Notes: a model not told the origin generated them from the sequence alone. Numbered from the stretch's first letter, positions 1-9,495 are shown. The stretch: DNA of 59,895 nt from a virus (IMGVR_UViG_3300011338_000749:1-59895), one strand, 5' to 3'. Program-made: numbers and translations.

Positions 1-616
1 CTGGTGAAGGGCCTGCTGCTGTCCGGTTTGACCAAACTGACCCTGTAAGCCTGCTGCGCCCTGCAGTCCGTGAGACTGTGCCAACGGGCGGCCCTGCTGC
101 TGCTCGAACGCCTGCTGCGCCTGCGTAGATGCTTGGTTGTAGCCCTGCGACAAGCCGCCTACAATTGCTGCGTTGCGCTGCTCCGAAATAGCGCGCTCAA
201 GCTCAGCGCGTTGCACACCCTCACGGCTGCCCCCAAAGGCCCCGGCGCGCGTGGCCTGAGCCTGCAAATTCTGGCGGGAGATATCGCCTTGGCGATTAAT
301 CTGACGAATGGATTCATCAATCACTTGCTGCTGATACGGATTCATGAACCGCTGCGCGCTGCTTGGGTCGTACATCTGGGCAGCGCCCTGTAGCGCGCCA
401 ATGCCCTGGCCCAAGGTACCCTGTGCTTGACTGAGATCAGTGGGCCCTGCACCTGCCGCAATCTGTTCTGCCTTGCCAAGCGTAGCCAAGGACTGGCCCA
501 TGTTGGCTTGAGCATATTGGTTCGCCTTATCGTACGCGCTAACAAGGGCCACTTGGGACTGGCCCAGGTCTGCCTGCCGATACTGATCAGCCATGTTGGC
601 TGCGCTGCCCAAGTAC
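1..616. repeat. Terminal redundancy copy 1 (assembly circularity overlap)
   Basis: 1-616 matches 59280-59895 (offset 59279); the mismatches I found are at positions 4, 10, 70, 75 and 86. Confidence 0.95.
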
Positions 617-1104
617 CCTTGGGACTGACCCAAATTAGCCTGTTGATATCGTGCGGCTTGATCGTAGGAGTCTCGGATACCCGCTGCGCCCGTTTCAATC
701 AATGGAACACCTCGAGTAGCCAATTGAGCAGACTGACCCATTTGACCAATTGGGAGGGCAGCCTGATTCATCGCAGCCTGTGCAGCGCCAAACTGGCCAC
801 GGGTATCCGCTCCGCGCAGCGTATTGGCTGCTTCGCTAAGCGTGTTGCTCCCTGCGGTGACATTTTTGGCCCCAGCAGTCAAGAATGGCTGATAAGCTCC
901 AATCCCCTGCCTGCCCATTTGCAAAGCGGCCAACTGATCAGGGCTCATGCCTGCTACGTCGTAGTCAGGCGTCAGGTATTCACCCTTTAAGGCATTTAGA
1001 TTTGCGGCATCGGCCAGTCTCTTGGCCGAGTCCATAAGACCGACTTTGCGGCTTTCAATATCCGGTGCTTCCCGGACTATTGAGTCTTGAAATTCAGTAG
1101 CCAT
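1..1104 (-). CDS. 5' part of Gln/Gly/Ala-rich internal virion (ejection/pilot-like) protein spanning the junction
   Basis: ATG at 1104 (MATEFQDSIVREAPDIESRK...), 3 nt after the stop of 1108..4437; in frame with ORF 58530..59891 through the overlap; full length 617 aa; absent from the ORF track because it runs off the edge. Confidence 0.85.
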   Translation of the reverse strand, partial: MATEFQDSIVREAPDIESRKVGLMDSAKRLADAANLNALKGEYLTPDYDVAGMSPDQLAALQMGRQGIGAYQPFLTAGAKNVTAGSNTLSEAANTLRGADTRGQFGAAQAAMNQAALPIGQMGQSAQLATRGVPLIETGAAGIRDSYDQAARYQQANLGQSQGYLGSAANMADQYRQADLGQSQVALVSAYDKANQYAQANMGQSLATLGKAEQIAAGAGPTDLSQAQGTLGQGIGALQGAAQMYDPSSAQRFMNPYQQQVIDESIRQINRQGDISRQNLQAQATRAGAFGGSREGVQRAELERAISEQRNAAIVGGLSQGYNQASTQAQQAFEQQQGRPLAQSHGLQGAAGLQGQFGQTGQQQALHQ

Positions 1105-1107
1105 GGA

Positions 1108-4100
1108 TCAACCCCGTTCTGAGTTCTTTTCAAGCTGATGCATCAGCTTGTACATTTTCTTTGCACCGGCACGGCGGCTGCCTTTGCCCGCGCCGCGGAC
1201 CGCTTTCGCTGTCATGACAAATTCGCCATCGGAAAGCATTGCAGGGATTGAATCGGATTTCCCGGTCCCCGGACCGTTGATTTGACCATTGCGTCGAGGA
1301 TAACCGCCCGCAGCCAAACCTGCAATACCGCCCATGTTCAAAGCACGAGGGTATCCGGCTAAAAAGTTACTGGCAGTCTGTCCAGTGATGACGTTCCCAT
1401 CTCGGTCTACCATTCGGCTACCGCCGACGCGGTTGGCTATTGATTCGTCGGTGTATCCAAGGCCGCGTGCATAGTCCACCCCGCCTTGGTAGTTTCCACT
1501 TTCAAGCATGGATGCAAATTTGCTCAACTGCTCGGTCGTGGGGTTTGGCGTTGATGCCGTAGTTGCGGCGGGGGGAAGTGAGCCCTTATAGCCCGGACTG
1601 TTAGGGTCGCCAGGTGCAAAAAAGGTTGCAGGCATCGGTGCTACAAAGTTTGGCGAATATCCGGATAAAAAGTTACTGGCAGTCTGTCGTGATAGTACAT
1701 TTCCGTCTACATCTTTTGTGCCGGTCACTCCTACGTAGTCAGCTATATCAGCATCCGAATACCCAAGTCCACGGGCGTAATCAACGCCTCCCTTATAGTT
1801 GCCACTGTTAATCAAGCCGGTAAATTGGGATTTTTGTGCGTCAGTTGCTGGTGGAACAACTGGCGGAACAACTGGCGGAACAACTGGCGGAACAACTGGC
1901 GGAACAACTGGCGGAACAACTGGTTTAATGACCGGTGGAGCGACTGGTGGCAAAGTAACCGGTGGCAAAGTAACCGGTGGAGCGACAGGGGGGACAGCGG
2001 GGGCCCCATAGATAGGCTGCATTCCGGAAGGAGGCGATACAGCTCCGCTATTTACAGGAGCAGCGGTCGGCACGTTGTACGCAATGTCTCTCTGTTGATT
2101 CATGGCATTGCGCTGGCCCTCCAGCATTGGGGCATAAGCATCTTGGCGCAAAGCGGTGTTGTACCGACGGTTGACTTCGCCAAAGCCTAAGTTTGCATAA
2201 GCAGCCATTTCCTCAGGACGGAACGAGTTGTCCCGCATAACACGAGATTTTTGGATGTCCGTTACAGTGCCCTTAAGCGCCGCGTCCATAGCCGCTCTTC
2301 GTTCAGGGGACAAGGTCACGGGATCGCCGGGGAAGGTCTCAGGCGCGAGGGCCGCGAGCCCCGCATTGATATTGCCGTACATATTTCCGCTGCCCTGGGC
2401 CTTGCGCATAGCCTTGTCTTGAGCAACTTTAGTGCGGGCAGCTAAATTCGAGGCATCTGTTGCTGCTTGGGTAGCCCGCTGAGTGGCAGCCTCTTCCGGA
2501 TTCATTGGGCGGCCTTCTCTAAGACCGGAGTTTGTCCAATGTGCCTTTGCCTTTTCCTCGGTGTCAATTCCTGCACGGACAAGATCAGGATTGGCCGCAA
2601 TGTATTTATTCCAATCAAAACTTACAGGCGCAGCCTCCCCGCCTTCTGCGTACCTACGGGGCATTATGTTGCTGTACATGCTTGCAGTGTTGTACGGCTG
2701 CTCCACGCGGCTCGATCCAATGCTTCCGGAGGGGGTGTTGTACACGGTAGGCACGTCCATGATGCCTCGGCCACTGGCGCTGTACATGCCGTAGCCTCCA
2801 GCGTTGTAATCAGGAACGTCATACGTAGGCAGTCGGCTGTACCCGCCAATAGGCTCGCCAAATTGATCGTACCGCACGCCGGGCATGCCCTGCAAATACA
2901 TCTGACTCTGCGTGCCGTCTTGCCGAATGCGCTGGGTGACGGGTGTCATCAGGGATTGGTTGATGGCACTGGGCTGCACGGGCTCGGTTTTAAAACCGCC
3001 GAACGCGGACATTGCTCCGAGGCCTGCTACTGCGGCAGGGCCGTAGGTGCGCAAAATCCCGGGAGACAGCTCTTTAGATGCGGCAACCATGGCATCTTTA
3101 AGCGTACCCCCCTTGCTGCCCATGATCTCATACGCCCGATCAGTCACTTGCGCGTTGCTAGGGCCGGGAGAGAACAAGTCACCCACACCCTCCTTGAAGG
3201 TGCTGAAACTGGCTGGGGCGTCGCCTATGCCCAAGCCTTTGCCTATTTTGGAAAAAGAGTCTCCAACGCTGGGGCCGCCGGGTGTGTACGCAGGTGCACT
3301 GCCCAAGGACCGCGCGGCGACCGCTGGGGCAGGGGTAGGAGCAGCGCTAGTACCCGCGTCGGTGCCGCCTGTTGGCACAGGGGCCAATTTACTGGCGTCT
3401 AGGCCGGAGGCTGAATAATCAAAGTCAAGTGAGGGAGGAGCCACAGAGGTAGAAGGGCCAACTCCCGGGAGCATTCCTTTAAACGTATCGAACTGCTTTG
3501 AAATCGCTTGGCCAGGAGTCATACCTGCAGTTGCGCCGCTGTTCGCAGCAAACGCATTAGCTCCACCAAAAACACCTGCTCCGGCACCAGCAGTCAGTCC
3601 GCCCATGGCTCCGGCTTTAAGTGCCTGTCCAAGGTTTCCGCCTGCTGCCAAGGTGGAAAGGGAAGAACCAACAAAACCGCTGACGGCGGCTATGCCTACA
3701 GTAGAAGTTATGCTTAAAAGTCCCGCTGCGGCGGGGCCCAAAAAGAAGCCCAAAGCAATTGGGAGAACAATCCGTCCTACGCTGCTTTTGGCAAAACTCT
3801 GAACTGCTTTGGCAACCAGCTTAATAGGAGCAACAGCAATTTGCCAAAGTTTCTTCAAGAAAAACTCAGGCAAACCTGTATCAGGATTAATGGTCCCTGA
3901 GCCGCCACGGCGGCGCAGCATGCGCGCTTCTGCCGGAGTAATGTGGGCCAGCATGGTGTCGCCATTGCGACCGTAGCTGGCAATGGCTTTGGCAATAGGC
4001 TTGAGCTCTGCAATACCGCCTTTGGCAAATGCCTGTACGCCCGTAGGCGCTGCAATCATCTGATCAATAGCCATGTTCAAGGCGGCAAAAAACTGAGGGT

Positions 4101-4437
4101 CAAACTGCTCGGGCAGGATTTCTTCTGGTAAACCCTGATCCATGTATTTTTTCCGCAGCTCAGCGTATTTATCAGGGCTGGCCAAGATTTCGTCGACCAC
4201 ATTGTTCAACGCGTCAAGTACTTCGGGAGGAATATCCAAGCCTTGCAGCTCCTTTGTAAACGCAGCAACGGCTTGAGGGTCTATCTGTGACGCACCGGCC
4301 AACATCTCGTTAGAAAACTCCTGAGGAGAAATCTGTTGACGCATCTGGTCATAGACCGCCATCGTGTTGGGGTCAGAGAAGGGATTAGGTGCGGCCTCTT
4401 GAGGCATCTCCATTGCGGCTTGGGGCGCTGTTGCCAT
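1108..4437 (-). CDS. Large internal virion/ejection protein (1109 aa)
   Basis: AAGGA SD; hydrophobic Gly/Ala segment; GRNGDTMLAHITPAE and GPGTGKSDSIPAMLSDGEFV modules; FDWNKYIAANPDL..HW..G..EGR module; PPVV repeats; first gene of an operon of large proteins. Confidence 0.75.
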   Translation of the reverse strand: MATAPQAAMEMPQEAAPNPFSDPNTMAVYDQMRQQISPQEFSNEMLAGASQIDPQAVAAFTKELQGLDIPPEVLDALNNVVDEILASPDKYAELRKKYMDQGLPEEILPEQFDPQFFAALNMAIDQMIAAPTGVQAFAKGGIAELKPIAKAIASYGRNGDTMLAHITPAEARMLRRRGGSGTINPDTGLPEFFLKKLWQIAVAPIKLVAKAVQSFAKSSVGRIVLPIALGFFLGPAAAGLLSITSTVGIAAVSGFVGSSLSTLAAGGNLGQALKAGAMGGLTAGAGAGVFGGANAFAANSGATAGMTPGQAISKQFDTFKGMLPGVGPSTSVAPPSLDFDYSASGLDASKLAPVPTGGTDAGTSAAPTPAPAVAARSLGSAPAYTPGGPSVGDSFSKIGKGLGIGDAPASFSTFKEGVGDLFSPGPSNAQVTDRAYEIMGSKGGTLKDAMVAASKELSPGILRTYGPAAVAGLGAMSAFGGFKTEPVQPSAINQSLMTPVTQRIRQDGTQSQMYLQGMPGVRYDQFGEPIGGYSRLPTYDVPDYNAGGYGMYSASGRGIMDVPTVYNTPSGSIGSSRVEQPYNTASMYSNIMPRRYAEGGEAAPVSFDWNKYIAANPDLVRAGIDTEEKAKAHWTNSGLREGRPMNPEEAATQRATQAATDASNLAARTKVAQDKAMRKAQGSGNMYGNINAGLAALAPETFPGDPVTLSPERRAAMDAALKGTVTDIQKSRVMRDNSFRPEEMAAYANLGFGEVNRRYNTALRQDAYAPMLEGQRNAMNQQRDIAYNVPTAAPVNSGAVSPPSGMQPIYGAPAVPPVAPPVTLPPVTLPPVAPPVIKPVVPPVVPPVVPPVVPPVVPPVVPPATDAQKSQFTGLINSGNYKGGVDYARGLGYSDADIADYVGVTGTKDVDGNVLSRQTASNFLSGYSPNFVAPMPATFFAPGDPNSPGYKGSLPPAATTASTPNPTTEQLSKFASMLESGNYQGGVDYARGLGYTDESIANRVGGSRMVDRDGNVITGQTASNFLAGYPRALNMGGIAGLAAGGYPRRNGQINGPGTGKSDSIPAMLSDGEFVMTAKAVRGAGKGSRRAGAKKMYKLMHQLEKNSERG
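1351..1830 (-). repeat. Intragenic duplicated ~55-aa domain (SGNYxGGVDYARGLGYxD...QTASNFLxGY), 2 copies
   Basis: Two copies in the translation; identical 23-nt core taaaaagttactggcagtctgtc near 1360 and 1666. Confidence 0.9.
1853..1923. repeat. 12-bp tandem repeat x6 (ggaacaactggc) encoding PPVV
   Basis: Units start at 1853, 1865, 1877, 1889, 1901 and 1913; adjacent 15-bp repeat x2 at about 1946-1975. Confidence 0.95.
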
Positions 4438-4467
4438 GGCAGTTCCTTGGGAAAAGGGGTTTATTTG

Positions 4468-4496
4468 ATTGTATTAGGTTGCAAGCGCGGACACAA
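4468..4496 (-). promoter_or_regulatory. Putative sigma70-type promoter for the internal-protein operon
   Basis: TTGTGT-N17-TACAAT upstream of ATG 4437. Confidence 0.4.
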
Positions 4497-5142
4497 ATGA
4501 AAGCGTAGCTACGACAGATGCGGTAGAAGGTTTGGTTGGCGTGCCCGAGGCTGGATATGTTTGTATGGTGATATCTACAGTATTTGTAGACCAGTAAATC
4601 TGCACGTAATCCCCGGCGTTCATGGACAGGAAATAGTTCCACCCCTTGATATCGTGGAACGGGTCACTTGGATTTTTACGGGCAGGTAGACCAATTTTTC
4701 CCGTAGACCCTACGATGTCTGTGCCGTTTTGCCTGAGCCATATAAACAAATCATGCGGTGCGTTGCTTAAGTTCTGCACCTGCACGCTGAACTGCAAGTT
4801 GTAAATACCAGCATTAGCTACGGTAAGTTTTGACCCCGTTTGTAGCGACACTTTATTTGAAAAATCTGTCGTGCCTAATGCCACTAAAGTGGCAGTGTTG
4901 GCTGTTGTGGTCTGACTGGTGAAGTCCGAAAATGCCCCATACGGGGAACGAATGCCAGAGCCATCGATGTTGCCAACCCCTGTTTTTAACTGCCCAATAA
5001 GGTTGTCTAATCGGTTGAAATACAGCCGCAAGACGTTGTTCAACTGATCCTGATAAAAACGCGAGTAGGCCTCCGCGGCCAACGGCAAGTTTGGCGCAGC
5101 AATCTTATTAAGCTCAAACTCCGAAGTGACAATATAGGTCAT
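4474..5142 (-). CDS. Virion protein with C-terminal C1q/TNF(BclA)-like domain
   Basis: N-terminal helical segment (LRLYFNRLD), then YGAFSD...GIYNLQFSVQ...GDYVQIYW beta pattern. Confidence 0.6.
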   Translation of the reverse strand: MTYIVTSEFELNKIAAPNLPLAAEAYSRFYQDQLNNVLRLYFNRLDNLIGQLKTGVGNIDGSGIRSPYGAFSDFTSQTTTANTATLVALGTTDFSNKVSLQTGSKLTVANAGIYNLQFSVQVQNLSNAPHDLFIWLRQNGTDIVGSTGKIGLPARKNPSDPFHDIKGWNYFLSMNAGDYVQIYWSTNTVDITIQTYPASGTPTKPSTASVVATLSFVSALAT

Positions 5143-7238
5143 CTCCTGCCGTCCTTACGGATATCCAGCCGCGACGCGCCGAGCTGCCACGTGGTGCCCA
5201 GTTTGGTGGACTCGCCCTTCATGATCATCTGGCGGCCGCGCACGCGGGTGTAGATCTGCCCGGTGAACGTCTCCGTAATGACGTATGTCGAGCCCTTGAC
5301 CACGCTTCTGCTCTTGTCGCTGGTCACGCCAGAGCCCGAGTTGGTCAAACCGTACAGGGTCATGACTAGCTCAGGTGATGAGCCTGCGGTTGAACCATCG
5401 AAAGTTAGATCAGGCAACATGCGCCACACCTGAGCCACATTGTGGCCGTCCTCGATGTCAAACTCAGCCGAGGAGATGTAGGCAGCAATTGGGGCCGGGG
5501 TCCCCGTTTCATTGTCATCCACACCCACTTCGTGCGACAAGATTTTGTAGTTGTACGTGGCTGCAATCGGGCTGTCCAGCAAGCCGGTGTCAAGCCACGC
5601 GGTCCGCGGCATATTGCCGTAATACCAAACATTTTCAAGGTAATTAAAAATGACGTACCTGTCAACGGTCAGGCTGTTTTTAGAACAATAAAACCACCAA
5701 ACTTCGTTAAAACCCTCGTTGGTTCCAGCAAATACCTGCTGGTTTTGCTCCATGTTCAAATCGCTAAACACGTAGCGGCGCAGATCGCAGTTGAGTGTCT
5801 GGACCCGACCGTCGTACATATAAAACTTGTCTACGCCCATCCAGTACACCACACCGTTAGCCACCAACGCGGCGTTCGGGCCAATGATGGAAATGTTGTC
5901 GCCAAGGGGCTGTGCGCCCCAGACAAACGGCGGGCCAAGGTATTGCATGGAATACACGGCCTGATCCGTGATGATCACAATCTCCTGCCGTGTCTGCACG
6001 GCAGCCACAATCTCTGAGCCAAGAGACAAGCGCAAACTGCCTGCTTGGTTGGTGGCCAGCGGCTCCCAAACAAACGGGCTTTCCTGATCGCTCCAGCGCA
6101 CCAGCATCGGATCGAGGACCGTGCTCTGATATTCGTTGGTTCCAAATAGGACCACAAACCGCGAATCGGACACCAACAGGTAGTTGTGCACAATCGGCGC
6201 GTTGGGGTCCTCAACACCATAGATGTTGACTCCGCGCTGGGAGATGTACTGTAGGCCAGACTGTGTTCCGCTGGTGGTGATGGCCGCTCCGCTGATCGTG
6301 GCAGCAACACTAAAGTTGGTACCCGAAGAGTCGCGGACAAAGTACGTAGTTCCCACTACCAAACCCGTGGGCAGCGCTCCGCTGGACTCAAACTGGATCA
6401 GCGTGCCATTTTTAAAATTGAACCCTGCGGGAAGCGTGATGACCCCGGGGGTTGCAATTGAAATCGTGACCTGGATTGGCGTCAATTCCTTGTTCGCGTT
6501 CCAGTAATACACGCCCTGGCCCCGAGCGCCGTAGACCAAATCCTGACCAAAATTTCTGGCGTTCCACAGTTGAAGAGCATTGGTGCCGGGAACGCCATTG
6601 CCCCAAGTGCCCGCGCCCCACGGACCGGCACTCCACCCGTTGTACGGTATTTGGAAAGCAGGGCCAGCGTTGACTTGGTACTGCGTGACCACTGTGCCAC
6701 CGCCAGGTGAACCGGAGAGATCAGTGGCGTTACTTACTGCGGAAACCGTGATGGTGTAGTTGTCGTTGTCCAGCACCGTGATCTCAAAAGTGCCTGTCAA
6801 CTTGGCAGCGGTAATGTTTCCGCCCAGGCCCGTGATTCCCGCGCCGCTGAACGTAACCGTGCTTTGATTAGAGCAGCCATGAGCCACATCAAACACGTTG
6901 ACAGTCGACGTACCCGCGCTGGCTACGCTAAAAGGATTGGTCAAAGTGACTGTGCTGCGGATAGGGGTGATGTCGTAGAACGTGCCCCCACGGTTGACGT
7001 AATACTTAAGGTTGGTGCCCACGCCCAGGAGGTTGGTGTTATTCAGCGTTACCCAGTCCCACAGGGCGCGGCATACGCCTGTGAAAGTGTTTGTGGAGTA
7101 CTGGACCCAGCCCCCAATCTTTTCAGGGGTGCCCTGACGAAACCGGACTTTGTCAGACTCGTACCAACCGCCTTCGTTGGTATAGCGCGTATTCTCGCGG
7201 TTGACACCGGATTTCAGCACAAGTTTTTGTAATGGCAT
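5139..7238 (-). CDS. Tail tube/nozzle (P22 gp10-like stabilisation) protein
   Basis: Likely start ATG 7238 (MPLQKLVLKSGVNRE); beta-rich ~700 aa with VRWSDQE, NQAGSLRL and YWMGVDKFYMYDG motifs. Confidence 0.65.
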   Translation of the reverse strand: MPLQKLVLKSGVNRENTRYTNEGGWYESDKVRFRQGTPEKIGGWVQYSTNTFTGVCRALWDWVTLNNTNLLGVGTNLKYYVNRGGTFYDITPIRSTVTLTNPFSVASAGTSTVNVFDVAHGCSNQSTVTFSGAGITGLGGNITAAKLTGTFEITVLDNDNYTITVSAVSNATDLSGSPGGGTVVTQYQVNAGPAFQIPYNGWSAGPWGAGTWGNGVPGTNALQLWNARNFGQDLVYGARGQGVYYWNANKELTPIQVTISIATPGVITLPAGFNFKNGTLIQFESSGALPTGLVVGTTYFVRDSSGTNFSVAATISGAAITTSGTQSGLQYISQRGVNIYGVEDPNAPIVHNYLLVSDSRFVVLFGTNEYQSTVLDPMLVRWSDQESPFVWEPLATNQAGSLRLSLGSEIVAAVQTRQEIVIITDQAVYSMQYLGPPFVWGAQPLGDNISIIGPNAALVANGVVYWMGVDKFYMYDGRVQTLNCDLRRYVFSDLNMEQNQQVFAGTNEGFNEVWWFYCSKNSLTVDRYVIFNYLENVWYYGNMPRTAWLDTGLLDSPIAATYNYKILSHEVGVDDNETGTPAPIAAYISSAEFDIEDGHNVAQVWRMLPDLTFDGSTAGSSPELVMTLYGLTNSGSGVTSDKSRSVVKGSTYVITETFTGQIYTRVRGRQMIMKGESTKLGTTWQLGASRLDIRKDGRR

Positions 7239-7246
7239 GGGCAGTC

Positions 7247-7723
7247 CTAGGATAGAAAGACGGCACGTTCGTCTAGGCGACGGTTTTGCAGCCCTTTGAG
7301 TATTTTGCCACCACCCATGCAATACTTCAAGAGTTCCTCTGCCGCACCCGCCATATCACCGCGCAGCAGCTTTTGGCGCATGGTCGAGCGTTGAAGCGTG
7401 CCTAGCCCCACGTTGAAAGCAAAGGATACCAGCGCGTCAAATTGTCCTTGAGTAAGAGGAACAGGACAATAAGTAGCCACTCCCTTCTCAAACCTAGCAA
7501 GATCGGCCTTAAGTATCTCATTGACTTCCTCCATGCTGTATTGGCGCATAGCCTCTGGTGGGGGCACAAAGGCATCGCGCTGGTCTAGCTTGAGTTTGCC
7601 CTGCTCGGGGAACATAACGTGGCCCACGCAACACGTCCAAAGTTTTGCGGGACATTTGTATGGCCTTTGCCGTACACCTTCGTGATGTTTTATAAGTTCA
7701 ATTGCTCTTAAACTGGTTTTCAT
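7247..7723 (-). CDS. Endolysin, GH24 phage lysozyme
   Basis: EGVRQRPYKCPAKLWT..VGH catalytic region; QGQFDALVSFAFNVG; GLQNRRLDERAVF. Confidence 0.9.
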   Translation of the reverse strand: MKTSLRAIELIKHHEGVRQRPYKCPAKLWTCCVGHVMFPEQGKLKLDQRDAFVPPPEAMRQYSMEEVNEILKADLARFEKGVATYCPVPLTQGQFDALVSFAFNVGLGTLQRSTMRQKLLRGDMAGAAEELLKYCMGGGKILKGLQNRRLDERAVFLS

Positions 7724-7736
7724 GTTACGGATGTCC

Positions 7737-7745
7737 TGCTATACT
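7737..7745 (+). promoter_or_regulatory. Extended -10 promoter (TGc-TATACT) for the antisense HNH
   Basis: TGCTATACT ends 9 nt before ATG 7755; no SD, so a near-leaderless mRNA is predicted. Confidence 0.45.
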
Positions 7746-7754
7746 AGTGACACT

Positions 7755-8315
7755 ATGAACCCAATAAAAGTTATTGAAAAAAACGCTTCTTGGCTTGTGT
7801 ACGAGGACGGAAGCATTTGGAACGAAGCTAGGACGCGCACCAGCAAACGCATTCGACAAGGTGTTGAGCAGACTTTTACAAGCAATTTTCAGTCTGTAAA
7901 ACTTTCGCCGTTTTTGAACCAAAACGGGTACTTGGTTGTTTCGACATTGCAAAACGGAAAAAGACCTAAAGTTTTTGTTCACCGTTTGATTGCCATGTGC
8001 TTTGTACATGGATACCAACCGCATCTTACGGTCAACCACATCAACGGCGTTAAAACTGACAATAGGCCAGAAAATCTTGAATGGGTTACTTTGGCGCAAA
8101 ACACCAAACACGAATGGGCTACAGGGCTTGTTGATTTGCGTGGGGAGAAACAGCCAAACCATAAACTTAGTCAGAGACAAGTCATACACATACGCAAAGC
8201 GTTGCGCCTTGGTGTGCCAGCAAATTCGTTGTCCATCATTGCCAACGTAAACCCGTCCACAATCCACCTTATTGGCAAAGGCAAACGATGGGCAAGCATT
8301 GGTGACGAAGAATAA
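7755..8315 (+). mobile_element. Free-standing HNH homing endonuclease, antisense to the late operon
   Basis: VHRLIAMCF...VNHINGVKTDNRPENLEWVT..N..H motif plus C-terminal HTH-like segment; sits between holin and endolysin. Confidence 0.9.
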
Positions 8316-8320
8316 GGGGT

Positions 8321-8836
8321 TCATTTGCCGAACGCCCTTCCTCCAAAATGGAAGCTTATTATAGCTGCAAACAGGACTTGAGTTTCAGAGTCCCAAAGCT
8401 GGTTGGCGAGTTCTTCAAAAGACGCGCCGGAAGATATACCGTGGTAAGCAAGGCAAGCATCTATGCCCACCAGCAAGAAGAAAAACCCGTAGGTGATGAC
8501 AGGCCGAACACTGGCTCGTAGGTTCTTCATCCACGTAGACGTTCCCTCATTTAAGGAAGTGTCATGGGCGTAAATGGCTTGCATCTCGGCTTGCTGCGCC
8601 CCAATCAAGACTTGGGTGGTGTTGGCTGCGCTCTCCGTTGCCAACTGTTCTGTCTTGATGTTCTCTATACGTTCTTGGGCCTCAAACCCGGCCTTGCGTA
8701 GTTCAAGCTCACGGGCAATCTGCATCTGTGCCAAGGCCAGTTCGTGCGCTTTGTCTTGCCTGCCTTGGAAGAACTCCAGCAGCTTGGGCAAGCCGCCCAT
8801 CAGGAATGAAATTAAAGTTGAAAGTAGTGTCAGCAT
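8321..8836 (-). CDS. Putative holin (GTA-holin-like)
   Basis: N-terminal hydrophobic helix, coiled coil, LRASVRPVITY followed by two TM segments and FGGRAFGK; upstream of the endolysin. Confidence 0.65.
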   Translation of the reverse strand: MLTLLSTLISFLMGGLPKLLEFFQGRQDKAHELALAQMQIARELELRKAGFEAQERIENIKTEQLATESAANTTQVLIGAQQAEMQAIYAHDTSLNEGTSTWMKNLRASVRPVITYGFFFLLVGIDACLAYHGISSGASFEELANQLWDSETQVLFAAIISFHFGGRAFGK

Positions 8837-8839
8837 TAT

Positions 8840-9322
8840 TTACCGCCTCATAAAACTAATGTATTCCATCGTGCCCCAAGCAACCAGCGTGATTATCAAT
8901 GCGACTAGGGCGGCTATCAGCACCATATTCACCACTTCACCGATTTCCTGTTTGCGTTTGGCCCGAAATAACTCTTGCTGTTTTTCTTCCGCTTTACGCC
9001 GGGACACAATGTTGTTGCGCTCCAGCATGATGGACTGCCAAACGTCGGAGTTGCCCGACATGATGAGGTACTCTTTCAACTCGTTCTCAGCGTCCTGTAG
9101 TTGCTTGGCGTGAATCACAGTCTCGAATGCTTGAGCAGTATCTGACCGCCCAAACGTGCTTTTCTTTGGGTTGACTGCTGCCTTTGCTACAACGTCTTTG
9201 CATTCAAAAAACTTCGTCAGATCACCGCTAATAGCGTGCAGGTCCTTGCCCATCTTGATGGCGGCCTGAATCCCCTTAATAGCAACTTGCGCCGTGGCGA
9301 ATGCAGTTAGCGGGTCAATCAC
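8840..9322 (-). CDS. Hypothetical protein with C-terminal TM helix
   Basis: GTG start; MIDPLTAFATAQVA N-terminus; hydrophobic C-terminus; in the lysis region. Confidence 0.7.
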   Translation of the reverse strand: MIDPLTAFATAQVAIKGIQAAIKMGKDLHAISGDLTKFFECKDVVAKAAVNPKKSTFGRSDTAQAFETVIHAKQLQDAENELKEYLIMSGNSDVWQSIMLERNNIVSRRKAEEKQQELFRAKRKQEIGEVVNMVLIAALVALIITLVAWGTMEYISFMRR

Positions 9323-9483
9323 TTAAGTTTCTCCGGTGGTTTTTCCTGTTCCTTCTTCTCCCACTTTACGCACCAAACGGTCGGATGAAAGGGAGTTCTG
9401 TCGTTAAACGTAAAAGACCACCTCATGCACACATAAAGAGGCGCATAGACCGCTGGTATCTGTACGGGCAGCGCGTCTAACAT
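9319..9483 (-). CDS. Small hypothetical protein (54 aa, CxRW...CxKW)
   Basis: Manual translation MLDALPVQIPAVYAPLYVCMRWSF...WCVKWEKK; TGA overlaps the next GTG; below the ORF-track cutoff. Confidence 0.6.
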   Translation of the reverse strand: MLDALPVQIPAVYAPLYVCMRWSFTFNDRTPFHPTVWCVKWEKKEQEKPPEKLK

Positions 9484-9495
9484 TTAATGTTTCTT

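Noticed and set aside
1853-1923. CRISPR-like repeat
   Set aside because: Spacerless 12-bp tandem repeat encoding PPVV in frame
7755-8324. 8-bp inverted repeat ATGAACCC as transposon ends
   Set aside because: Too short, asymmetric to the insert boundaries, and no transposase or target duplication
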